Source: the human T2T-CHM13v2.0 reference genome, Homo sapiens. Taken from it: a stretch of DNA of 64,000 nt. The stretch lies in assembly GCF_009914755.1 (NCBI RefSeq), contig NC_060931.1. One strand, given 5' to 3'. The first letter of the stretch is position 1; each line of letters starts with the position of its first letter. Shown in pieces: positions 1 to 17,010 of the stretch. The position numbers were made by a program, and so were the translations under genes. The notes under the pieces were generated by a model, which was not told where the DNA came from, made no database searches, and saw nothing but the letters and a program-made list of their open reading frames with translations.

Positions 1-498
1 GTGGAGGTGGGGGTGGGGTGCAGAGAAGTAAGCAGGTATTCCTTCATTCATCCATTCAACACATATTTAATGAGTGCTTTCTAAATGCCAGGTCCCATGC
101 TAGGAGTTAGAGACAAAAAGATAAACAAAATAGTCAAGGTCCTCAACTTCCTGGGGCTTACAATTTAGTGAGCAAGACAAAGATAAAATGAGAAACCCAC
201 AAATAAAATAATTACAGATGGTCACAGATGCTACAAAGGAAACATGTTGCTGAGATAGGATGTAATGGGTCATCATACTTTTAAAAGGGTAGTCAGGAAA
301 GTCTCCTGAGAAAGTGCCATTTAAGCCAACACTGAAGATGAGAAGGAGCCAGCCATTGGAATAGTGGCAGGAAAAATAGTTCCAAGCACAGGGCTCAGCC
401 TGTGTAAAGGTCCTGGACTGGAATGAGCTTGGCATGCTGAGAAAATGAAAAGTTGGGGAGTAAACAATAGCCAGGCTTGAATTAAGTTTGGGGAGTTG

Positions 499-869
<371 letters not shown>

Positions 870-1898
870 CTAAGCAGAGTGAGAAGCCAGGGAAGGATTT
901 TGTTGCAGAGAAATAATCTGCTCTAATTTGTGTTTGAAGAAATCACTCTTGGTGCTGGTCTGTGAATGAAGTGGACAGGGGCATAGAATTGAATGAAAGC
1001 AGAGAGAGCATTTAGGAAGCTTTTACAGTACAACCGGTAAGAGGTGAGGTGGTATGGCTTGAAGTGGGGCTGGCAAAGGAGAGAAGTGGGTGAATTTGAG
1101 ATACATTTGGAGCTAGGTTTACCAGTGCTTTCTGAAGGACAGAAAGTAGAGGGGAAATGAGGGATCAAGAATATCTTCTGCGTGTTGGGCTCAAGCAATC
1201 TTGAAAGGCTGGTATTGTCATTTTCTGAGATGAGTGAGATTTGCAGGAGGAGCCGGAGGGCCAAGGTGAAGATGAGAGTGTATAAGTTATATCTGAGACA
1301 TTTTTGGGACACTTTGTTGGAGTTGAAGTACAAATATTTTGTAGTTAAGTATATTTTGTAGTTAAATATATTTTGAAGGGATGATGGTAGATACTCTTTG
1401 AGAATTGCTTAGCCTTTGTTTTTTTAATGTGTTTACGTAGAGACGTCCAACAGGCAATGAAGGATCTGAGCTGGGAGCTTGGGAGAGAGGCCAGAGTGAC
1501 AGATAATGCCAGGCACATGAAGAATTCAACAGAAGGGCATGAGGAGTTTCCTTGGTCGGCTATACCTCTGCATAGCTCATGCTGACCATAACCAACCATC
1601 AGCCTCCTCTTTTCCTCCCTGTATCTCAGTGCGCAGCCCATGTTGACATGTCTTCTATATCTCTTCAAAAGTCTTAACTGTCAATGTTAAAGTTGAATAT
1701 GGTATTAATGAGAATCCTGTCATTTAGAAAATGCCTTCGAGTTACTTAGCAGGATGGTGACACACAAAGTTTCAGAGTGAAATACAGAGCTTTCCTGAAA
1801 TATGGTATATTTGCCATTGTAAAGTTTCCTTATGCTGATTCCCCAATTCACGGTAGCAATGCTACCAATATGCTCATCTGAAATGATAGGATAAGTTC

Positions 1899-2208
1899 TT
1901 TTTTTTTTTTTTTTTTTTGAGACGGAGTCTTGCTCTGTCACCCAGGCTGGAGTGTGCAGTGGTGTGATCTCGGCACACTGCAACCTCTGCCTCCAGGGTT
2001 CAAGCAATCCTCCCACCTCTGCTTCCTTAGTAGCTAGGATTACAGGCATGCACCACCATGCCTTGGTAATTTTTTTTTTTTTATTTTTAGTAGAGACGGG
2101 GTTTCACCATGTTGGCCAGGCTGGTCTCAAACTCTTGACCTCAAGTGATCCTCCCACCTCAGCCTCCCTAAGTGCTGGGATTACAGGTGTGAGCCACTGC
2201 ACCCGGCC
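1899..2208 (-). mobile_element. AluS
   Basis: Full dimer; degenerate TSD agg(a/g)taagttcttt. Confidence 0.9.
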
Positions 2209-3299
2209 TAGGGTAAGTTCTTTAACTGACGCTGTAATTCACTGGCTATAAGATCTCATAAGCAAGTCACTTTATGTTTCTGAGGCTCAATTTCCTCAAT
2301 TGTGAAATAAATAGAGCAGATTAAACAACATATAAAGGGTCTTACCACCTATAATGTTCCATGATTCAATTATTCCACCCATTTACCATGAGCCCCAAAC
2401 ACTCACACTGAATCATTGTTTACATCCTTTTCCAAGACAGAGCAACAGGAAAAAGAGAGTTCAGATTTCCACTGAAGACCAGGCAGTAAACAGGCAGAGG
2501 TCTAAGACACCAGCAGCCACAAATACCACTTTCGGGGTCACTCATCACCAGTCCCACTTTGTAAAAAAGCAGATTACCCAAACATCTTAGGGCAGCTGTG
2601 GCTGCCAAAGAAGTGAGACAAAATGGAAGGGGAGGGCTTAAAGTTCTTTTGTGTGATTTTATTTGAAATCTGTTTTATGGGATTTGCTCTAAAGGCTTTT
2701 CTGTGATCATAGTGAATCCCACTCACAGTGCTGAGAATACCTGTGTCTTCAGAATCAACTAATTCAGCAAAGACATGGGCTATAACTCATTTGTCAACTC
2801 ATTTAGTGAAGACATGGGACAAAGGTACACATTTATTGATTATGAAAAGAGTTTTACCATAATAATGAAACCCAGCCAAGGTGAATCTACTGTGTGTCAC
2901 TGCAAATATTTTGTGGTCATATTTGAGATGCTTTGAGGATATTTCATTGGAGTTGTTAAATAGGTAGTTAAATATATAATTTCAAGACTGAATTTTACCC
3001 TAAACCATAATACTTTTAGTACTTTGTAAACAGGATTAACCTAAATAATTACTAAAGAATGCTGTAGGATATTTTCTTCTAATTGATAAACATTTCTACT
3101 CATCCACAGCTTACTTTGTTTTAGGCTAAATCTAACATGGTTTAAATTCTTTACTTATTGGTCTAATTTCTTCACCTTCATTATATAATAAAGTTTTTTA
3201 TTTATTTGAATATCCATAATACAAATTCAAACAACTGTCAACTTAAGAATATGACTAGAAGAATTTTAGGCAAGAATTATATTTATGGGCTAGGGAAGA

Positions 3300-4135
<836 letters not shown>

Positions 4136-5007
4136 AAAATATTTAACAACCAGTACAATATGGTGCTGACCAATCAGAATGATCATTGAGCTTAAACAAG
4201 AGATGCTCCTGCACCACTGTGTATGGGCCAAATAGCGGCCTGACTTCAGTATGGTATTAAATTAATACATTTTGATTTCTGCTTTAAGATAGCTACTTCA
4301 AACTTGAAAATTTACAGAGACCAAGCAAGTGATGTAAACAAGGAAAGGAAGCTAGGGGTCAGCAAAATACAGATTATTGAGATTGGGTCAGATGTTAAAG
4401 CTCAGCAACTGTTAGTACCTAATGAGCCCCAGCTGATTGTTGCTATTGGCAATGTAGATGGAAAATGATTTTTCAGAACAATTTCCAATTTGAATTTTTG
4501 GCAAAACAACTGTATGGGCTGGGGCTTACCCAAAGAATACCTGTTTGCTCACCTGTATTCTAAGCCAAGGCCATTTCCAAGCTTTTGCTGGACAAAGTAC
4601 AGAAATTTCTAATTTGTTTTGAATACTCTTTGCCAAGATTGACTCAGAAAAAGTCAATAAATTCAGAACTCTTGCTTCTTTTGAAAACGTAATTACATTT
4701 CTATAATAAGCATTTGTTTATTTAACTGTGCAATAAGCGAATGACTTTTTTGGATGAATGTTTATCAATCCTATTTTAAGGAAATGATCTCTCCAATAAA
4801 CATAAACCTGCATTATACTATACCTTATATAATTTTTAATCTTTGGCCTTTTCCTGACTCTCAACTTTTGTTCTCTTTCTGCAGAATTTGAATTTTTTCC
4901 TAATTAAATAAAAGGCAAATGTAGATGTAAAGGGGTAGAAGTCATCCTGGATGTCACCTGCATGCATTTCCTTCTGCATTCCAGCTGGAACCATTCCCAA
5001 TTAATTG

Positions 5008-5119
5008 GATTTAATTTTTTTTCCCACGAAAGTAGAAGAGGAAGAAATGGAGAAGGGAGGAAAGATTTAATTTTTTTTTCCGCGAAAGTAGAAGAGGAAG
5101 AAATGGAGAAGGGAGGAAA
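5008..5119. repeat. 56-bp tandem duplication
   Basis: gatttaattttttttccc(a/g)cgaaagtagaagaggaagaaatggagaagggaggaaa x2, near-identical. Confidence 0.95.
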
Positions 5120-5311
5120 GTGGAAGGAAGCAGTGAAATTAGGGGAGATATAAAAGCTAAAAAGTTATTTCTGGAAAAACCAGAGATGCAAGATATTTAG
5201 CTCTTATCTCTCATTGTCTATTTATTCAATAAATATTTATCAAGTATCTACTCTTTGACAGGTACTATTCTAGACTGTGGAAGTAGAACAGACCAGGTCC
5301 CTGCTTTCTTA

Positions 5312-5527
<216 letters not shown>

Positions 5528-5733
5528 GCTTCCTAGTTTTACATTTGCCTTTCAATGTTGTTTATGACATTTATCCCATACAGAAATTTCAAAGGTTTAT
5601 GTATTTGATCTATCCCTGTATGATTTTAGTTGTTTAGTCTTATAAGGCGTAAGAATACTTTTACATGTGTACACCTATATTTTTTCTAATACTTTTTATA
5701 TTATGTTATCCAAATCTTTGCTTCAAATAGTAC

Positions 5734-6036
5734 CTTTTTTTTTTTTTTTAAAGAGACAGGGTCTTGCTCTGTCACCGAGACTGGAGTGCAATGGTGTAAT
5801 CGAAGTTCACTGCAGCCTCAAACTCCTGGGCTCAAGCGATCCTTCCACTTCAACCTCCAAGTTGCTAGGAATATTGTCATGCCACCACTATGCTTGGCTA
5901 TTTTGTTTTTAAGTTTTTGTAGAGATTAGGTCACGTTATGTTGACCAGGGTGGTCTCTGACTCTTGGCCTCAAGCAGTCTGTCCACACTGGCCTCCCACA
6001 GTGCAAAGATTATATGTGTGAGCCACTGTGCCAGGC
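5734..6036 (-). mobile_element. AluJ
   Basis: Diverged Alu dimer. Confidence 0.85.
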
Positions 6037-6986
6037 CCCAAATGGTATTTTTTTTATAGGAGCACTTTGATAAATAACCTTTCAAATATCTTTTGATGCA
6101 TAAATATATACTTATAAATATATGTTTATAATTTTATACTATATATAGTATGCATGATTTTCTGTAACTTGATTTTTTCATTTAGTGATACCATAAACAT
6201 ATTTTCATGTACATAAATATAAATGTATTCCTCATCTTAATGTTTCCATAAAATTGTATCTTTATTCCCTAATTTACTTATTAATTGATGGACACTTAGT
6301 TTATCTTCCCAATTTTCCTATTTTATTACAATGAATATCCTTATTTATAAATCATTTCACACCTGCAAAAATAACTTGTTAGTATAAATAACTGGAAATT
6401 CAATTGCTAGATAATTTACATGATGATAAATATGTTGAAAAACTCTTCTCCAGAAAGATCATATCAATTTAACCACACCAACAGTGTGAGAAAACAGAGT
6501 AGTGCCATTTTTCAAAGATTTTGTCAGCCTTTTAAATATTTGATAATCTTATACATGAAAAAAAGTCAAAATTGTTTTATTTGCATTTTTGTGATTATTA
6601 GTGAACTAAAATATTTCTTCATATGTAGGTTCACTGACTCAAACAGGGATGGCCATGAAATTAGACAAGTGTCCTAAACTGGAGAGACACTAGAAGAGTA
6701 GAGCCAGGGAACAAAAGCTGGTATTCACAGAGAGCCAAAACTCAAGATCCGGGGGCTGTTGACAAGTAATGGGTCAACTGAGAACAGGGTAAGCTTCAAG
6801 AAGACACAACAAGTGATAACTGGATGGGTTAGAGACTATATGTGACAAATTAAAGCAGTGAGTTAAGGTACAGTAAATATTTGAAAACTCGGGGACGAAT
6901 GGAAACAAGGGTAATTATTCCAGCCACAGGGCTGGAGTTCAGAAGCAACAGTGCCTCCAATAAGGCTTGTGAAGAACAGATGATCA

Positions 6987-7298
6987 GCTGAGTGCAGTGG
7001 CTCAAACCTGTAATCCCAGCACTTTGGGAGGCCGAGGTGGGTGGATCACTTGAGCTCATGAATTTGGCTCAGCTTAGGCAACATAGGGAGGCCCCTGTCT
7101 CTACAAAAAACACAACAATTAGTTCTACAAAACAACAGGTGTGGTGGCACATACCTGTGGTCCCAGCTGCTCAGGAAGCTGAGGCGGGAGGATCACATGA
7201 GCCTAGGAGTTCAAGGCTGCAGCAAGCTATGATTGCACTACTGCACTCCAGCCTGGGTGACAAAATAAGACCCTGTCTCAAAAAACAAAACAAAAAAC
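6987..7298 (+). mobile_element. AluJ
   Basis: Diverged dimer; TSD-like aacagat(g/t)atca. Confidence 0.85.
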
Positions 7299-7667
7299 AG
7301 ATTATCAACACAGAGACAGAAGATGCGGGAGGGCAGTAGGATGCAATGGACATTGTGCTATACCACCCAGATACCCCTTCAAAATTAACATACTAATTCC
7401 TCCAGCTGCCAGGGCTGCCAGCCCTCTCCAGAAATTGCCCTAGACTGAAGAGGGCTGCCATGCCCAAGGTCATTGCCTATATCCAATGACTGGTCACTGT
7501 GGAGGTTTAAGAAACTTGCAAAGTAATTTAATAAGGTAACTAATAAAGATAATAGAAAGGGAAAGGAAAAAGCCAGTCCAGACAGAAGTAATTCTGTGTC
7601 CAAAGACACAAGTAATGAAGCAGCATGGTGTTCAAAAAATAAAAATGTAAATTGATTTTGCCAGAAT

Positions 7668-8165
7668 ATGGCAGTTTAAAGATGGCCACAATTCTTTCTC
7701 GTTCTTCCCATCCAGACTTGGGATACTGACTCTGGGCTGGTCATGTAACTTGACTTATTAGTAGAATGTAATGGAAGTGATCTTGTGAAATTTCCAAGGC
7801 TAGGAAATTTAGTTATCACCTTTGTAGAAGCCAGTTGCCATGTAAAGTACTTGGGTCAGACTATTGACCAATGAAAGACTGTGTGGAGAGAAAGGCCATG
7901 GGCAGAAGCACCAAGAAGACAACAGAATTGTCAATAACCAAGCCCCAGACATATGAATGAGGCCATCTTAGACATTTCAGCCTCAGCTAAGCTTCCAGAT
8001 GAATGAAGCTATGCACATAACTGCACACCTATGTGAATAACCACATGGCACACATGAGCCGCCTAGCTGAGTCCAGTCAACCCCAGACTCATGAGATATA
8101 ATCATTGTTGTTGCAAGCCAGTGTGTTTTGGGACAGCCTGCTGTGTAGCAATAGAAAACTGGTGC
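7668..8165 (+). mobile_element. MLT1 (MaLR) LTR relic
   Basis: tggcagtttaaagatggccac start and aagcca...ttttgg...gcaatagaaaactg end typical of MLT1. Confidence 0.65.
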
Positions 8166-9105
8166 TCAGAAGGCGGAGTGGGAAATGCATTGATGGACAA
8201 GGGCAAAGACAAGTAGATGCAATTTCCTCAAGATCCTTATAGGTTGTGCTAAGGATCTTGAGATTTGTGCCTTCTTCTGATCTTTAAACATGCTGAGACA
8301 TTTTCCACCTTGGGGTCTTTGCATTGTTGGTCCTTCTGCCCGGAATCTTCTTTCCCCAGCTCCACCAGGTTTCCCTCATTCATTCCTTCTAGCACTCTGG
8401 TGATTGGAACCCAAGCAAAAAACAAAAAAGCTCTTATTCCCAGCATTCTGAAGAAAACCACTAAAAAATATGGTAAGATTCTTCCCCCAAGCCATACACA
8501 GAAGTAGCCATCTACTACCTCTGCCATCTACTACCTCCCCTACACTAGTTGCCCTCTAAATAAGGAGAGGCCTGGGGAAGGGGATGTGATTTGTGGTGGA
8601 GTAGGAGTTGAGAGTTCTTGAGCTTTCATCCACCGGGAAGTGTCTTCCCCACCCCACCCCCATGCAATGTGTCGTGGGTCTCTGAGGGAATCACTCACAA
8701 AGACCGGAGGTCCTACAAGAAGGGGAGACTGGCTTCTTGATCCCAGGCTGGATACTAGCTGTGCAGCCAAATGTGCGGCTGTGGGTGGAAAGTTAGCTGA
8801 GCATATTTAGGAGAGATTGATGAGTGTCCCCGAGGGTGAGGGATTTTTCTATATCCATGAAGACTGCTGTCAAGTTCTTGTCTGGAGATCTGCAGAGAGT
8901 GAGGGTTTCTTGGAGTAGCCCTTTGAATAAAGAAAAATGAAAGAAAAGGTAAGGGGGCATCCTCAGGCCAGTTCCAGTGGCCCTAGGACAGCAAAGAGAT
9001 GAACTGGCATGTATAAAAAAACATACCCCGCACCTCCATCATACCTGCTCCTGCTCCTGTACTCCATTGTGGGTGAAAGGCATCACCAGAAACCAAGTAT
9101 CCTAA

Positions 9106-9470
<365 letters not shown>

Positions 9471-9828
9471 ATCTTTATCTTTCTCTTTTTTATCCCCTAC
9501 ATCTAGTAAACCACTAGCCTTTTAACTGTGCATTCTTTACTGCCTCTTCAATTTCTTTTCTTCCCTCCACCTCTATGAACGTAGTTCAGGAATGTATCAC
9601 TTGTTGCTTGGGTTACTTCAAGAAGTCTCTTTTCTAAGATAAGGAAAGCCTAGACTTTAATGCTACACTTTTGAGAGGGTGATGAGAAGACATTCCTTGT
9701 TTCTTTTTTACCCCAAACCAGGGAAAACTAGGCAATGAGGATATTACAGATCTCCCCAAACCAACAAACAGAAAATCTGCTTCCTTTGAACCAATACTCC
9801 TTTGAGCAGACCCTGACTTAGCTATCTC

Positions 9829-10122
9829 TTTTTTTTTTTTTGGAGACAGAGTCTCACTCTGTCGCCCAGGCTGGAGTGCAATGGTGAAATCTCAGCTCAC
9901 CGCAAGCTCCGCCTCCTGGGTTCAAGGGATTCTCCTGCCTCAGCCTCCTGAGTAGCTGGGACTACAGGCACGCACTACCACACCTGGCTAATTTTTGTAT
10001 TTTTAGTAGAGATGGGGATTCACCATGTTGGTCAGGCTGGTCTTCAACTCCTGACCTTGTGATCCGCCCACCTGGGCCTCCCAAAGTGCTGGGATTACAG
10101 GCGTGAGCCACCATGCCCGGCC
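9829..10122 (-). mobile_element. AluS
   Basis: Full dimer. Confidence 0.9.
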
Positions 10123-10647
10123 TATCTTTCCTTTTACCACCAAACATCATGTTTACATTTTCTGCCTATATTTCCTTATCACTCTGCTTTCAATCCCTTA
10201 AATTATGGCTTCTTTTTAACTGAAATTGGTTCACAAAGTTCATTCACTAATGCCAATGTACTGATTTAGGCATTTTTCTGTTACAGGCAATAGAAATTCT
10301 AACCAAAATTAGATTAAGCAAAAAGGAGAAGGTATCAGCTCATATAACTGGGGAGTCCAGAAACAGAAATAAGGACAGGCACAACATCATCCAGGACTCC
10401 GTATCACTGTGATGCCATTTCTCTCCTTGATTACCTCTAATTCCTTAGAGTTTGCTCCATCATAGGACCACGCATGGAGGCAAGGCAGTTGCAATGGCTT
10501 CAGTTTCTATATCCACTCAGATGGACATCTCAAAGGAACAAGGGTGTGTTTCATTCTTTCTCATTCTGTCCTAAGTCCCTAAACCGATTCCTGTGGCCAT
10601 GGGAATGTGTTGCTCTGATTGGCCAGGCTTGAGTCACATCTCTACAG

Positions 10648-10880
10648 GGCAGACATGTCCAATAGAAATATAAGGGGAGCCATAAATGTGAGGCACAGAT
10701 ATAAGCCACATATGTAATCTTACATTTTCTGGTAGCCACACTTTAAAAAGTGAAAAAAAAGGTGAAATTAAATATAATGATACATTCTATTTAACCTAGT
10801 ATATCCAAAATGTTATTCTTTCAGCATGTAATCAACATAAATGATGATTAAAATGTTTTATATCATTTCTTGTGCCAAGT
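10648..10880. mobile_element. MER33-like DNA transposon relic
   Basis: tgtccaatagaaatataa...gagccacatatgtaat...ttttctggtagccaca. Confidence 0.6.
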
Positions 10881-11965
10881 CATCAAAACTCATCATTTTA
10901 ACAAGGCTTCCAACTGATGATGTGTTGGGGGGTGGAGGGCCTGTGAGACATACTTTGAGAAACACTAACCTACACTTTCATTTTTTCTGTGTTCCCAAAA
11001 TTACCTTTAGAGTGCTCAGAGTACTGAGACATCTGCTGAAATATGCTGGAGCAATCCAGAGTGAAGCAGGGTTGTTACTGGATAGAGCAAGATAGGATCA
11101 GAGACGTTTAATATTGCTGCCATGTTGCCGCCATCTATTGGTTGTGTCACATATTACAGGTTCATAACTGAAAAAATGAAGCTGGTCATTTGTGGGCCCC
11201 TTTATACTTCTGGCAAGACACCTCCTCAACTGCATCCTGAAATGACTTTTCTTTAGAATTCTTATTTATTACAGAATACAGAAAAATCTTAATAGTTGTG
11301 CATTATGGATTATCAGGCCTACGTCTAACAGAATGTTGTTGTTGTTGTCAGCTACAGAACAGATAGATTTCCTTTAAATATAACCCTATTATTCTGTCAG
11401 CAATCCACTGTAAGTGACCTTGGTTTCTGTTTCTGCAGATTTTCTTCACCTTCTGAAGGCATTGACCAGAGAAAATTTCTTAACATCTCTGAGCCTTAGT
11501 TCCTTCAGCTATAAAATATAGGATAATAATGCTACCTTCTTCATAGCGTTATTGTGAAGATTAAATTGCATAGTGTTTATAAATTATTTGGCACAGTGCC
11601 TGATGTATATAAAGAACGCTGTCAATGTTATTGTTAAGAAGAATAACAAGTCTTAATGGAAATTTGAACAGTGACTGGAAATTTGATAACATTATGGAAT
11701 TAAATTTTATTTTGTTTTTTTTAAATCCTTATATTAAAAAAATCCTTATCCTTTACAGATACACACTGAACTAGTTATAGGTGAAATTATATGACTACTG
11801 GGATTTGTCTCAAAATAAAATGGAAGGGAAGTGAGCAGTAAAGCAATATTGGCTATAATCTGATCATGGTTTAAACTCAGTGAAGGATTTATGAAGGTTT
11901 ATTATGCTACTTTGTTTTGTGTATGTTTGAAATTTTCCATAAAATTTAAGCAAACAAACAAAATT

Positions 11966-12268
11966 GCCAGGCGCAATGGCTCACGCCTGTAATCCCAGTA
12001 CTTTGGGAGGCCGAGGAGGGCGGATCACCTGAGGTCAGGAGTTCAAGACCAGCCTGGCCATCATAGTGAAATCCCGTCTCTACCAAAAATACAAAAATTA
12101 GCCGGGTGCTGTGGTGCGTGCCTGCCTGTAGTCCCAGCTACTTGGGAGGCTGAGGCAGGAAATTGCTTAAACCCAGGAGGCGGAAGTTGCAGTGAGCCGA
12201 GATTATATCACTGCACTCCAGCCTGGGTGACAGAGCAAGACTCCATCTCAGAAAAAAAAAAAAAAAAA
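11966..12268 (+). mobile_element. AluS
   Basis: Full dimer with A tail. Confidence 0.9.
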
Positions 12269-12714
12269 TTAAACAAAAAAAGAACAATATGTTTTTATAT
12301 TCTTCACAGCAGCATGTATAATGCTGGACATACTGTGGGTACTACATGTTGATTTGTTGATTAATTGCTACCATGGGATAGAATTTTGTCATCTTGGGGA
12401 GAACAACTTAAAAGATGAACTTAAAAGAATTGACTTCACATGCCTCCAGAAAAAAATTAGATGGGAACACGTTTTAGCTTAACATGCTAAAGGTGATTTT
12501 GTCAGAAAAATCATGATGAAGTGTATCACTGTTGGCATAGCAAAAATTGGCAATTCTCTAAGAGATGCAGAAAGGAGGAATTGTAGAGATTATGTCTTTC
12601 AGCATCTATCTTCTTGACTTAAGTAAATAAATAAGAAATACCTACTTCGTTTGTGGATAGGAATCAAAGAAATATCCCATCTGTGGCAGATAATAATTAT
12701 GTTCTTTGTTATAG

Positions 12715-13128
<414 letters not shown>

Positions 13129-14054
13129 ACATCTAGTTCATTCTTAAACCCGCCCGTATGTACCTCTTTATACCCTGTCATGTGAAGAGCAAACTCCAGT
13201 TCCTCTCTGCCTAATAGATTTTCTAATGCCCTACCACAATTTTCTCCTACATTATTTCATGCTCTTTTAATCCTTGGATATAGCAATAACTTTTCCACTT
13301 CAATGTGGATTTATTCACAGATCTTGAGTGTTTGGGTCATTTCACTTCTTGTTTTGTTTCTTAATTCTTTCTTAACTTGAAATATTAAATGAAATGTGTT
13401 GAAAGAGATAAGTATTTTCCCTCAAGTACCATTTCCACCTGAAGGGGTTTAAATTCTGTGAGAACAAAGACCATGGAGAGGAAATCCTTCATAAGCTGGC
13501 AGAAAGTGGCCTTTAAGAGATACACTCCAGTTCTCCCGTTCCTCTTATCTCAGTCTCAGTTAGAGAGAGAAAGGAAGCGAGAAGGCATCTATGGGTTTCA
13601 GAGGCATTTAGATTTTTTTCAATTGATTGAACAGATCAACAGTATAATTGTGTTGGTTCAAGTCCCGTAAAAATGGTTAGAGGCAGAGAGTCATTTTATA
13701 AAAAGAGTGAGGGACTTGGGATCAGAAATTCTGAATATGAGTTCTGTCTTAATCACTTGTCAGACTTGTAAGCTTCGACCAGCAACTCAATCATATTAAA
13801 GCAGTAGTTTCATGCTTTATTATCAGAAGTAATGATAATAATAATATCGATGTCAGGATTACTACTATGTAGACCAGTACTGGTAATGTCTGTGACAGAA
13901 TTCTATAAAATGTAAAGTGCAATTAATACTTGCTCTTAGAGCTCATTAAAGACTCATATTTCATGGCAACTACTTTAATCCATTTTATGGAAGATTCACT
14001 ATAGAATACCTGTAGAGACTCAAGTGACTCAAAATGTACTCTGAAAGTGAATTC

Positions 14055-14325
<271 letters not shown>

Positions 14326-15205
14326 TCAACAAACCTGCTTGATAAGTGTTCAGTGGGTTATAGCAGTATAATAATTTACCTTTTTAAGGACATACTGTGA
14401 ACCAGGTGGATTATTTACAAGTTTTCTCTAATTGTCCCAACAGTCTTCGATGAAAGTATTATCTCAATTTCACAGGGGAGGAAATAATTGAGAGGTCAGC
14501 AAATTTGTCCAAGGGCACAAAGGAATTGCACAATGAGATTCAAACCCCTAGGCATTACCCTAAAGCCCATACCCTTTTCCCTGTACTACTTGGTAAATTA
14601 TTATGCCTTTGTCCTTTATTCCTCTTTGCCCAGATGTCTCTAGGCCTCAGGAGTCACATTCTCCCTGACTTTTCATCTCCCTCTATCAAAATCCTACCCA
14701 CCTTTCAAAATCCAATTTCAGTAATTACGTCTTGCACAAAGACATCCCCCAGGTCCCTGGCCCCTTACTTACCATCTCCCCACCTCCAAATTCCTGCAGC
14801 ACTTATCTTTCCTACTGACTTTCATTCATTGAACAATTTTTTTTGAGTCCCTATTACATGCAAGGCATTGTTCCAGGCTCCGGGGATGTATCTGAACAAA
14901 ACAGATGGAAATCTTAGTACTTGTGTAGCTTAGATTCTACTGGCAGGAGAAAATGTTATAAAACAAACACAACAAAGTAATTATATAGAATGTTAGAAGA
15001 TGATAAATGCTGTGGAAAAAAAAAAGCCAGGTCAAGGAGAATGACAGTGCAGGGCAGAAATGGGTTGTGTTGCGATTTTCATTAGAGTGGTAAGGACAGA
15101 TTTCACTGAGAAAGTAACTTTTGAATAAGGACTTCAAGGAGGCAAAGGAGTGAGTCATATGTCTACTGCTGGTTTGAGGAGAAAGGTGGAAAGGGGCGTG
15201 TGTGA

Positions 15206-15557
<352 letters not shown>

Positions 15558-16404
15558 GATATTTCTTTACTGCTTGCATAGATGCCTGATGTCCTCAACT
15601 AAATCATGAGCTTTATAAAATCAGGGAGATGTGCTGATAACTTTTTTGTGTTTCCTTCAGTGTCCTGTGCAATATTTTATATCCAACAAACACTCAACAA
15701 ACACTTGGTAATTGTTGATTATTGAGTATGGCACATCATGGCCTAATAACTTTGTATTTAGAATCATTTTGAAGCGTTAATGGTAAATCCTTCGGTTCCT
15801 ACCACAGTATATACATTTCCTTTTTGGAGTTCCCAGCTTTTGCAGATAGCATAATGAGAGAACATTGCCCTCTTCTGGGCAGAAGGTGCTGGTGCCTTTT
15901 GATTCTAAAACTCTGCTCACTTAGATACTGTTAACACTATGACTCATTATTATCTACTCAATCAACCACAATTAATTAGATTAGCATTTTGACACAATTT
16001 TGTTGTTGTTTAAGCACCATCTAAGAAAATGAAATTTCTCAGGAAAAAGATGATTAGGAAGTGAATTACAGTTATTCCCTAAACAAAACCCAGAGCTGTG
16101 AGTTGTATGGCAATAACTCTGAAATCCATTTGGGCTGATTTTTTCCATAATGAAGGGGAGAATTCAATTCCAGGAAACCTGGGTTACATAATCAGGACAG
16201 GGGAATGCCAGGGATGAAGTCTTCCACAATAAGAATATGAGGTAGTAAAAAGGAAGAGTCAGGGACACTATTCTCTGCCAATTAGTACTGTGTCTGGTGA
16301 TGTAGTATATAACTGAGGAAAGATTGGGGCAGATTAAGTGGACTTCTGGCTACGTGACCTTAGATATGCTATTTAAATTCTCTGGGCTTCTGTTTCCTTG
16401 CCTA

Positions 16405-16510
16405 TAAAATAGGCAAATGAGACTTCTAATAATAAAATAGGACTAATAATTCTAATAATAAAATAGGACTTTCTAATAAAAAATAGGAAAATGAGACTTC
16501 TAATAATACT
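16405..16510. repeat. Degenerate tandem repeat (ttctaataataaaatagga units)
   Basis: About 4 imperfect copies inside a MIR-like relic. Confidence 0.75.
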
Positions 16511-17010
16511 TCACTTAAAGTGTCTGGTATGTGGTGGCTTTTCAATAAATGGTAGTGTACCAGTCAGAATTCTGGGTTGCAAATAGCCTGAGAAAAATCT
16601 CTTGTTCGCTTATGCAGAAAAGGAACTTATTGGCAGGCTATCCAATAGCAACAGAATTAACATGAAGTTTTGAGAAATGAGCTTGGCAAATTGGCAGAAA
16701 GCTAAATGGCCCCGGCTGAGATTTTCCACAGGAAGGGTATGAGTAGGACACTACCTTGCCACCACTGGCCAGTGACACTAGAGTCACTGCTGCTGCCAGT
16801 AGGGTGCATTCTAAGTTGTCATGGTTTCTTTGTGCCGCCCATTTTGATTCGGGTCCTGGTGAATACATCTGATTGGCAGAGCTTAGGTTCCGTGCCTGCT
16901 CTAGCTGCTAGAGGCCGGGAGAGCCAGGGGTGGCCAGTTGGGCTTGCTAATGGAGTCTGGTCTCAAACTGTAGTGGATTCCTCAAACATGGAATGGGAGT
17001 TCCCATAAAG

